Below, piece by piece: positions 21,750 through 29,984 of a DNA stretch of 64,000 nt. The DNA comes from an uncultured delta proteobacterium. GTDB lineage: Bacteria > Desulfobacterota > Binatia > UBA9968. The notes beneath the pieces were generated by a model. The model was not told where the DNA came from and did not search any database. It was given only the letters and a program-made list of their open reading frames with translations. The number at the start of each line of letters is the position of its first letter. Within the stretch, counting starts at the first letter, position 1. The stretch spans positions 384,001 to 448,000 of the forward strand of contig CAVUVW010000014.1 in the NCBI GenBank assembly GCA_963745035.1. Reading direction: 5' to 3'. The position numbers and the translations under genes were made by a program.

Positions 21750-21978
21750 GCAATAGGCATGAGACAACAGTAAGAAAGTTGAATCGGGCAATAGGTAAAA
21801 CATTTGTAGTGAGCTGTGTCGAAACCATTAAAAATCTCAAATCGGAAGATTCTGCCCAACGTACAGGCGTAATCAGATAGAAGTTGGAGTTATGGAATAT
21901 TTGGGCAGCCGGGAAAAAGCATTACTTCGGTACTCCAATACTCCAGTACTCCAACGAAGCTGAGTTAGGAGAGCCAAC

Positions 21979-22962
21979 ATGCAGAAGACGTTTTTGCCCT
22001 GGGTCCTGCTAACCGCATTTCTGACAATCGTTTCTCCCGCGTCAGCGCAGCAGACGGAGAAGACTTGGAAGATCGGCGTGCTGGTTTCCGGCACGGCCTC
22101 GATCAACGCGCCGCGCGATGAAGCGCTGCGCCGCGGGCTCCGCGATTTCGGTTACGAAGAGGGCAAGAATATTGTGTTCGCCTACAGGTATGCCGAAGGC
22201 AAAACCGATCGCTTGCCAAAACTCGCCAAAGAACTGATCGCGGAAAAGCCCGATGTGGTGGTCGTCGGCGGCACCGCCGTCGCCGTCGCGGCGAAAAACG
22301 CCACCAGCACGATCCCGATCGTCGTCGCGGGAGCGGGCGACCTCGTCGAAGCCGGACTCATCAAAAGCTTCATGTATCCCGGCGGCAATGTGACCGGCGT
22401 GGCGCGGCTATCGGCCGATTTCTTCGGCGACCGGCTCAAGCTTATTAAGGAAGTAGTGCCAAAGGCAGCCCAAGTAACGGCGCTTTCAAATCCGAACAAT
22501 TCCGGCCATGGCCGCAGCCTCAAAGACGCCGAGTTGGGCGCGCGTTCGTCGGCCATGACCTTCGGAAACGTCAGCGCGCGATCAGCCGATGAGCTGGATA
22601 AAGCGATCGCCGCTGCCGCGCAAGGCGGCGCCAGCGCGCTCTTTCTGATGACCGATGCCATGTTCAACTCCAACCTGGCGCGGATCGCGCAACTTGCGCT
22701 CAAGCACCGACTACCGTCGGTTTACGATCGCACCGAGTATGTCGAGGCCGGCGGGCTGATGAGCAATGGCGTGAATCTCTCCGATCTCTCGCGCCGCGCC
22801 GCCGAGTACGTTCACCAAATTCTCAAAGGCACCAAGCCGGGCGACCTCACTCTCGTCCAGCCGACCAAATTCGATCTGGCGGTGAATCTCAAGACCGCTC
22901 AGCAGATCGGATTAACTATTCCGCCGAATGTTTTGGCGAGAGCGGACAAAGTAATTAAGTAA
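21979..22962 (+). CDS. ABC_sub_bind SBP, array copy 13 (divergent)
   Basis: AGGAG RBS, KSFMYPGGNVTG and conserved tail. Confidence 0.9.
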   Translation: MQKTFLPWVLLTAFLTIVSPASAQQTEKTWKIGVLVSGTASINAPRDEALRRGLRDFGYEEGKNIVFAYRYAEGKTDRLPKLAKELIAEKPDVVVVGGTAVAVAAKNATSTIPIVVAGAGDLVEAGLIKSFMYPGGNVTGVARLSADFFGDRLKLIKEVVPKAAQVTALSNPNNSGHGRSLKDAELGARSSAMTFGNVSARSADELDKAIAAAAQGGASALFLMTDAMFNSNLARIAQLALKHRLPSVYDRTEYVEAGGLMSNGVNLSDLSRRAAEYVHQILKGTKPGDLTLVQPTKFDLAVNLKTAQQIGLTIPPNVLARADKVIK

Positions 22963-23190
22963 GGAGTAAGTGGTGAGAAGTGAGGCGAAACAGAAATTTT
23001 GGATTTTGGATTGTCTATTTTGGATCAACGGTGCACGAAATATTTCGGACTCAATCCTCGATGCTCGCTCCGACAGTCGGGAAAAAACAGCAGGGAATGA
23101 TCCGATGAACCAGGCGACAGCCGCAAGCCAATGGGCTAGAGTCAGCCGATCTAGGATCACGCAAATCTGATTACAGATGAGGACATTTGA

Positions 23191-23485
23191 ATGAATGGAT
23201 TTCGCCTATAAATATCCTGCTTTCTATCTTGCTAGTCTTTTTCGTTGGCTTTGCTACCGGCGATTTCGATCAAGCAACCCGTACGAGCAAGAGATAGCTA
23301 AGGGCTACTGCCACAGGATATTGCAACCCGTGGGTCCCACCGAGATCATAAGACCGACGCAAAGCCGGTCCGGCGATTACATCAGCTACTACGGCCCCTG
23401 CGAGGGACCCTCCGCTGAGGAGCAGGCCAGAAAACAAAGACGTTTTGAGCGCTACCGCTTCGGCAGAGACTTCATGCCCGGATGA
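23191..23485 (+). CDS. Small secreted hypothetical protein (YCH...GPC family, copy B; 5' frameshifts)
   Basis: GYCHRILQPVGPTEIIRPTQSRSGDYISYYGPCEGPSAEEQARKQRRFERYRFGRDFMPG matches copy A. The hydrophobic leader ILLSILLVFFVG is in another frame. Confidence 0.75.
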
Positions 23486-23560
23486 GCACGGATTGAATGG
23501 AGTGAGCGCAACATTCCTTTGCACATCGCTTCGCTTGCCTGCATGAAATATTTGCCCGGG

Positions 23561-23665
23561 CAACCGACGAAGTTTGAGTTCGTGGTCAATCTCAAAACAG
23601 CGAAGCAAATCGGCCTGACGATTCCGCCGAACGTGCTGGCGCGGGCGGACCGGGTAATTCGGTGA
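23561..23665 (+). pseudogene. Orphan, well-conserved 3' tail of an ABC_sub_bind gene
   Basis: [34 protein letters not shown] with unrelated sequence upstream. Confidence 0.88.
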
Positions 23666-23696
23666 AGTGAAGGGTGAGGAGTAAGGCGAATCCAAA

Positions 23697-24687
23697 ATGA
23701 AAATCCAAAATCCACAATGGCTGGGGGCTTTTACATTCGCCTTCGCGCTAGTCGGGGCCGCGGTTCAGGCTCAGCAGCCGACTAAAATCCCCCGGATCGG
23801 GTATCTCATCACTTCGTCGCCTGCGGCGATCGCGCCGCGCATGGAAGCATTTCAGCAAGGGCTGCGTGATCTCGGCTATGTCGAGGGGAAAAATATTGTC
23901 ATCGAGCACCGCTATGCAAACGGACGATCCGATCAACTCCGTGTGCTCGCCGCCGAACTGGTGCAACTGAACGTAGACATCATCGTTTCCAGCGGTCCGA
24001 CGGCGACGCGCCCCGCTAAGGAAGCAACCTCCAAAATCCCTATTGTCATGACCTTCGATGATGATCCAATCGGCAGCGGCTTCGTCGCCAGTCTCGCCCG
24101 GCCGGGTGGGAACGTCACCGGTTTGTCGACGCTTTCACCGGAGATCAGCGGAAAGCAACTGGAGCTGTTGAAAGAGATCGTGCCCAAGATCACTCGAGTA
24201 GCTGTGCTGGGAACTTTGACGAGGGAAGGCACCGCGCAGAATCTAAAAGAGATGGAACTCGCCGCTGGAGCATTCGGACTGAAGCTTAAATATTTGGACA
24301 CGCAAAATGTCAAGGACATCGAGGGTAGCTTCGAAAACGCGAGTAAAGGGCGCGCCGAGGCCGTCCTCATATTGCAGAGCCCGGTGTTCAATTCGCAACG
24401 ACCACAGATCGCGGAGCTCGCGCTAAAGAGGCGGCTTCCCGCGATCTATCCGCGACGAGAATTCGTCGAAGACGGCGGTCTGATGAGCTACGGCGTGAGC
24501 ATTCTCGATTTGGACCGCCGCGCCGCGATTTACGTGGACAAGATCCTCAAGGGTGCCAAGCCCGCCGATCTCCCAGTCGAGCAGCCGAACCAAGTTTGAG
24601 CTGATGATCAATCTAAAAGCCGCCAAGCAAATCGGCCTGATCATTCCTCCCAACGTCCTGGCGCGTGCGGACAAAGTAATACGGTAA
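23697..24687 (+). CDS. ABC_sub_bind SBP, array copy 14 (frameshift ~24590)
   Basis: Family motifs. The tail continues in another frame to TAA at 24687. Confidence 0.87.
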
Positions 24688-24806
24688 GGAGTAAGTGGTG
24701 AGGAGTGAGGCGAAAAACAAATTTTGGATTTTCGATTGAAACCCAAGAGAACAAACCGATGAACGCAATGCCTTCGAAGTCTCTTTCCGACAATCCAAAA
24801 CCTGTC

Positions 24807-24847
24807 CCTTCGATAAACTCAGGGCAGGCTCTGAGCCATGCCGAAGG
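24807..24847. repeat. REP-like imperfect palindrome
   Basis: CCTTCGATAAACTCAG-GGCAGGCT-CTGAGCCATGCCGAAGG, flanked by heptamer repeats. Confidence 0.6.
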
Positions 24848-24869
24848 ATCGGCAATCGAAAATCGAAAA

Positions 24870-25859
24870 TTGGTGGGGATTGTTGCTCTCGCTGTCGCAT
24901 TCATAACGTGTGGGGCCTTGGCCACGGCGCAGCAGCCGAAGAAAGTCTCCCGAATAGGGTATCTTTCGAATACCGATGCAGCTACTGACTCCGCCCGCGC
25001 CGAGGGAATTCGGCTGGCTCTGCGCGAGCTTGGCTACATAGAAGGACAGAACATCGCCATCGAGTACCGATATGCGGAGGGGAAGGTCGATCGGGCTCCT
25101 GAGCATGCGGCGGAGCTTGTGCGTCTGAAGGTTGATATCATCGTGGTAGCGTCAGGGGACCCGTGGATCCGGGCGGCCAAGAATGCAACCAAGACGATTC
25201 CCATCGTCATGATGGGCCATAGGGTCCGATCCTGTTAGGGCAGGCTTCGTTGAAAGCCTTGCTCGTCCCGGCGGCAATGTCACCGGCCTCACAGCCCTTA
25301 CCAGAGAACTAGGCGGGAAGCGGCTGGAGCTGCTCAAAGAAGCGGTACCCAAACTTGCCCGTGTCGCGGTTCTCTACGATCCGGCCAATCCGCCCAGTGT
25401 ACGCGAGGTGAAAGAGGTTCTCCCAGTCGCGGCGCGTGCGCTGGGGTTGACTATTCAACCTTGGGAGGTACGAGCTGCGGGCGGTTTCGAGAGGGTATTT
25501 GCTGCGATAAACAAGGAGCGCCCGGATGGACTCTACTCGTTCGCCGCGGGCCCGGTAATGCGTCCTAACCAAAAACGAATCGTGGGCTTTGCGTTAAAGA
25601 GCCGGTTACCGTCGGTGTACAGCAGCAGAGAAGCTGTAGAGGCCGGCGGGCTCATGTCCTACGGCCGGGACCTCGCGGACAGCTACCGGCGCGTAGCCAC
25701 CTACGTGGACAAGATTCTGAAAGGCGCCAAGCCCGGCCGACCTGCCGGTGGAGCAGCCGACCAAGTTCGAGTTGGTGATCAATCTGAAAACAGCGAAGCA
25801 GATCGGCGCTGACGATTCCGCCGAACGTGCTGGCGAGGGCGGATAGGGTGATTCGCTAA
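24870..25859 (+). CDS. ABC_sub_bind SBP, array copy 15 (frameshifts; start uncertain)
   Basis: [41 protein letters not shown], nearly identical to copy 8. Confidence 0.85.
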
Positions 25860-25892
25860 GCAGTGAAGGAGATGAAGAGATGATCGCAAGCA

Positions 25893-26345
25893 TTACGGAC
25901 CAGAAGGCGAACTGAGCTTGGCCTCGAGGGTGGCGACTTCTTTTACGACGAGCCAGTCCTCCGGATTAAGCACGCTTACCTGAGAACTATTAAAGTCCTT
26001 TGTGTTTCGAGTAATGAGATGATTCACGGAGACAGATTCAGCACTGGCGAGTTGAATGTTATCCTCGAAGTCGGTCCCGGCAGAGGTGAGCGCGCGGTCG
26101 AGAATGATTGGAGTCAGTGGAACCAGCTGAAGCCCTTTCAAGATCTCCCGCGCATCGGCGCGAGCAGTATTCTCATCGACGACGCGTCGCCTAAAGAAGT
26201 AGATCAAGGGGAGAGTAAGCGCCGAAGACCAACTCTCGATTTCTTGCGATCGGCGGGCCAAGTTAAGCACCCGGAGACTTTGGCTCCAACCGTTTCGTTT
26301 CGTCATCACGTCAATGAAGACATTAACGTCGATGAAGATTTTCAA
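25893..26345 (-). CDS. PIN-domain toxin (PIN_3-like)
   Basis: IFIDVNVFID, DFEDNIQ and LITRNTKDF. Confidence 0.88.
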   Translation of the reverse strand: MKIFIDVNVFIDVMTKRNGWSQSLRVLNLARRSQEIESWSSALTLPLIYFFRRRVVDENTARADAREILKGLQLVPLTPIILDRALTSAGTDFEDNIQLASAESVSVNHLITRNTKDFNSSQVSVLNPEDWLVVKEVATLEAKLSSPSGP

Positions 26346-26632
26346 TCCGTCAATCTCCGGGCGATGGACTCGCTAATAAGGGCTTTATCGTCTTGGACGG
26401 GATTTTCCGGATGGATTCCAACAAGCTTAAGAAGTTCGGGATCAATGGGCACATTGGGGCATTGCTTAGATACGGCGTCTCGGTCTGCTTTGGTTTGTCG
26501 CTGCTTTGCCTCATCCCGCTCTTTTTCTTCAAGCAGTGAGCGCAGTTGTCGTTCAAGGGCTCGCAGGGTGGCGACATCCTCGTCTCTCACAAGTTTAAGC
26601 AACTGGTCCAGTTCTTCCGCTGTCTTCCCCAT
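26342..26632 (-). CDS. Putative antitoxin
   Basis: Small charged helical protein that overlaps the PIN start by 4 nt. Confidence 0.65.
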   Translation of the reverse strand: MGKTAEELDQLLKLVRDEDVATLRALERQLRSLLEEKERDEAKQRQTKADRDAVSKQCPNVPIDPELLKLVGIHPENPVQDDKALISESIARRLTD

Positions 26633-26702
26633 GATAAGTGGAATTATAGACAGTGGCGCGAGCAATGGTCAAGCCAATCGGCGACGATCACCGCAGATCG
26701 CC

Positions 26703-26777
26703 CTGAAAACAGTGAAGCAGATCGAACTTGCAATCCCGCCGAATGTGCTGGCTCGGGCGGATAAGGTGATCAAGTGA
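26703..26777 (+). pseudogene. Orphan 3' tail of an ABC_sub_bind gene
   Basis: [24 protein letters not shown] directly after the TA promoter region. Confidence 0.85.
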
Positions 26778-26820
26778 CACCAACGCAACAGGCATTAGAC
26801 ACTAGACAATAGAAAAAGAC

Positions 26821-27799
26821 ATGAAGAGAAAAATTATCGTCCTTGCGCTTTGCGCCGTGCTGTCATCGCTTGGCTTGTCCGCTGAGGCACAGCAGTCCGT
26901 GACGGTCCCCCGGATTGGGTTTCAATCCGCAGGTAGCAGGGAGGCCTGTTAGGAAGGAGTTTGTCCGTGGACTCCGTGATTTGGGATATGTGGAAGGACA
27001 AAACATCCTTATCGAGTGGCGATTTGCGGAAGGGAAACTCGATCAGGTCCCGCGCAACGCGGCGGAGCTAGTCCGCGCAAAGGTCGAAGTCATTGTTACT
27101 GGTGGTTCGACGGATACCCGTGCTGCCAAGGAAGCAACCAACACGATTCCCATTGTGATGGTCCAGGATAACGATCCTGTTGGGAGCGGGTTCGTCGCCA
27201 GCCTGGCGCGACCCGGCGGAAACATCACGGGATTGTCCACCCTTCGTGCGGAGACTAGTGGAAAACGGCTGGAGCTTTTGAAGGAGATTGTTCCTAAGCT
27301 TTCGCGCGTGGCGATTCTCGGGGACCTCAAGCAATCCAGGCAACGCCCAAGGACTAAAAGAGACGGAACTCGCTGCTTCAGCGTTCAAAATACAACTTCA
27401 ATACCTGAACGTACAAAAGTCTCAAGGATTTAGAGAGTGCATTTCGAGAGGTGCGCAAGGGAGCTGCTGACGCGGTTCTCGATCTGGGAGGCCCGGTATT
27501 AACCGTTCAGCGAAGAGCGCTTGTAGACCTCGCGGCAAAGAGCCGGCTCCCGATGATGTACGTCAGGCGAAGTTTGTCGAAGCGGGCGGCCTTATCAGCT
27601 ATGGCGTGAACCTTTCCGACCTACAGCGGCGCGCCGCTACCTATGTGGACAAGATTTTGAAAGGCGCCAAGCCCTGCTGAATTGCCAGTAGAGCAGCCGA
27701 CCAAGTTCGAGCTGTTCATTAATCTCAAAGACAGCGAAGCAGATCGGTCTGACGATTCCGCCGAATGTGCTGTCGCGGGCGGATCGGGTGATCAAATAA
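26821..27799 (+). CDS. ABC_sub_bind SBP, array copy 16 (several frameshifts)
   Basis: [14 protein letters not shown] leader, [12 protein letters not shown] and tail ending at TAA 27799. Confidence 0.8.
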
Positions 27800-27850
27800 A
27801 CAGTGATCTGTGGTCAGTCGCCAGCGCTCAGCAAAAACATCGAACAAATC

Positions 27851-28834
27851 ATGAATAGAAAAATCTTTGGTACTTCACTGTGCGCTCTGCTCTTTGTGTT
27901 TAGCCCCTCAGTTGATGCGCAGCAGCCAGTCAAGGTCCCCCGAATAGGATTCCTGGGTTTTCCCTCCCCTTCCGCTAACGCGGCACGTAACGAAGCATTC
28001 CGTCAGGGTCTCCGCGAGCTCGGGTACGTGGAGGGGAAGAACATTGTCATTGAGTGGCGCTTTGCAGAAGGAAAACTGGATCGCGTTTCGGCTCTCGCGG
28101 CCGAGCTAGTCCGTCTCAAGGTAGATGTCATCGTCACCGGTGGTGCGGGTTCAACGCGTCCTGCCAACGAAGCGACGAATACGATTCCTATCGTAATGGC
28201 GCAGGATCCCGATCCGGTCGGAAATGGTTTCGTCGCCAGTCTTGCACGACCCGGCCGGAACATTACCGGATTGTCGACCCTTGCGCCGGAGCTAAGCGGC
28301 AAACAACTGGAGCTTCTGAAGGAGATCGCTGCAAAGCTCTCGCGCGTGGCCGTCCTTGGGACTTCAACCAGCCCGGCCAACGCACAATCGTTAAGAGAAG
28401 TGGAACTCGCCGCAGGCGCATTAAATGTGCAGCTGCAGTACCTAGACATACGAAGTCCGAATGATATTGAGCTCGCATTCCAGGAGGCGCGCAAGACGCG
28501 CGTTGACGCATTCCTCGCACTAATCGGACCTGTGCTTGCCAATCAGCGAACACAAATTGCGGACCTTGCGGTAAAGAGCCGGCTCCCGGCGATATATGGC
28601 CAGCCAGAATATGTGGAAGCCGGGGGACTCATGAGCTACGCCGTAAGCTTTACCGACTTGCACCGGCGCGCTGCCACGTATGTGGACAAGATTTTGAAGG
28701 GCGCCAAGCCCGCCGATCTCCCGGTGGAGCAGCCCACGAAATTCGAGTTGATCATCAATCTGAAAACCGCCAAGCAGATCGGACTCACCATTTCGCCGAA
28801 CTTGCTGGCGCGAGCGGACAGGGTGATCAAGTGA
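27851..28834 (+). CDS. ABC_sub_bind SBP, array copy 17
   Basis: Signal peptide, family motifs and conserved tail. Confidence 0.9.
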   Translation: MNRKIFGTSLCALLFVFSPSVDAQQPVKVPRIGFLGFPSPSANAARNEAFRQGLRELGYVEGKNIVIEWRFAEGKLDRVSALAAELVRLKVDVIVTGGAGSTRPANEATNTIPIVMAQDPDPVGNGFVASLARPGRNITGLSTLAPELSGKQLELLKEIAAKLSRVAVLGTSTSPANAQSLREVELAAGALNVQLQYLDIRSPNDIELAFQEARKTRVDAFLALIGPVLANQRTQIADLAVKSRLPAIYGQPEYVEAGGLMSYAVSFTDLHRRAATYVDKILKGAKPADLPVEQPTKFELIINLKTAKQIGLTISPNLLARADRVIK

Positions 28835-29874
28835 CAGCAGTCATTGGTCAGCTATCAGCGGTCAGCAACTTACCGGAGACAAAACCCACGAACGAAATCT
28901 ATTCTTGTCTGGCTCCTGGCAACTATCTCTTCTGGCGACTGGCTCTTGTCGCCGAGGCGCAGCAGCCAACGAAAGTCCCGCGGATAGGATTTCTAGGCGC
29001 GTCCTCCGCCGCCGTTCTCGCGGCCCGCACCGAGGCATTCCGGCAAGGTCTGCGCGAGATTGGTTACGTGGAGGGAAAAAACATTATCATTGAGTGGCGA
29101 TCTGCTGAAGGGAAAACGGATCGTCTGCCTACGCTCGCGGCCGAGCTAGTGCGCCTCAAGGTAGACGTCATCGTGACAACTGGTCCGGCACCAACCCGTC
29201 CCGCCAAGGAAGCAACTTCCACGATTCCCATTGTCATGGCGTTTGATAATGACCCGGTTGGAAACGGGTTCGTCGCCAGCCTCGCGCGACCGGGAGGAAA
29301 CATTACTGGATTGTCCACCCTTGCCCCGGAGATAAGCGGAAAACAACTGGAGCTTCTGAAGGAGATCGTTCCTAGACTCTCCCGCGTGGCCGTCCTAGGG
29401 TCTTCGACCACCCCAGGCAACGCACAATCGTTAAAGGAAACAGAACTCGCCGCCGTGGCGCTCGCGGTACAGCTTCAATACGTAGACGTACGAGATCCCA
29501 AGGATATTGAGACTGCATTCCGAGCCGCAGGCAAGGCGCGTGCTGACTCTATCCTGGTGCTGACGAGCCCTGTCGTCAATCCTTATCGAAGAGAGATTGC
29601 AGGCCTCGCGGTAAAGAACCGGTTACCGGCGATATACTCGACCCCTGAATTTGTGAAAGACGGCGGGCTTATGACCTACGGCGTCAGCCTTACCGACTTG
29701 TACCGCCGTGCCGCTATCTATGTAGACAAAATTTTGAAAGGCGCTAAACCCGCGGATCTTCCCGTCGAGCAACCAACTAAGTTCGAACTCATCGTTAATC
29801 TGAAAGCGGCAAAGCAGATCGGCCTCACGATTCCGCCGAGCGTGCTCGCAAGAGCGGACAAAGTAATCAAATGA
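28831..29874 (+). CDS. ABC_sub_bind SBP, array copy 18 (leader probably affected by indels)
   Basis: Family motifs and conserved tail. GTGA overlap with copy 17. Confidence 0.88.
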   Translation: MTAVIGQLSAVSNLPETKPTNEIYSCLAPGNYLFWRLALVAEAQQPTKVPRIGFLGASSAAVLAARTEAFRQGLREIGYVEGKNIIIEWRSAEGKTDRLPTLAAELVRLKVDVIVTTGPAPTRPAKEATSTIPIVMAFDNDPVGNGFVASLARPGGNITGLSTLAPEISGKQLELLKEIVPRLSRVAVLGSSTTPGNAQSLKETELAAVALAVQLQYVDVRDPKDIETAFRAAGKARADSILVLTSPVVNPYRREIAGLAVKNRLPAIYSTPEFVKDGGLMTYGVSLTDLYRRAAIYVDKILKGAKPADLPVEQPTKFELIVNLKAAKQIGLTIPPSVLARADKVIK

Positions 29875-29984
29875 CTATAGGCGTGAGGACTCAGGTGATA
29901 GGCGACCTTACGGATGTCCATCAAAACGACCGTTAGTAGAATCGGCAGCATAGCGGCAAAGATGATAAGGTAGCAGCGTTCACT

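Noticed and set aside
26019-26777. 252-aa plus-strand ORF ending in the SBP tail
   Set aside because: It is antisense to the PIN toxin-antitoxin pair. Only the last ~24 codons are a genuine SBP remnant.
2088-29874. CRISPR array or classical integron
   Set aside because: The repeats are ~100-bp degenerate coding tails spaced about 1 kb apart. No cas or intI gene is present, and I could not identify canonical attC R-box pairs by eye.
2088-29874. Diversity-generating retroelement with tail remnants as template repeats
   Set aside because: There is no reverse transcriptase in the window, the tail is the most conserved part of the gene, and differences are not adenine-specific.
3865-29951. Recurrent minus-strand ORFs ([20 protein letters not shown]..., [10 protein letters not shown]...) that look like a conserved antisense family
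   Set aside because: They are the reverse-complement shadows of the conserved SBP motifs, with no RBS or independent features.
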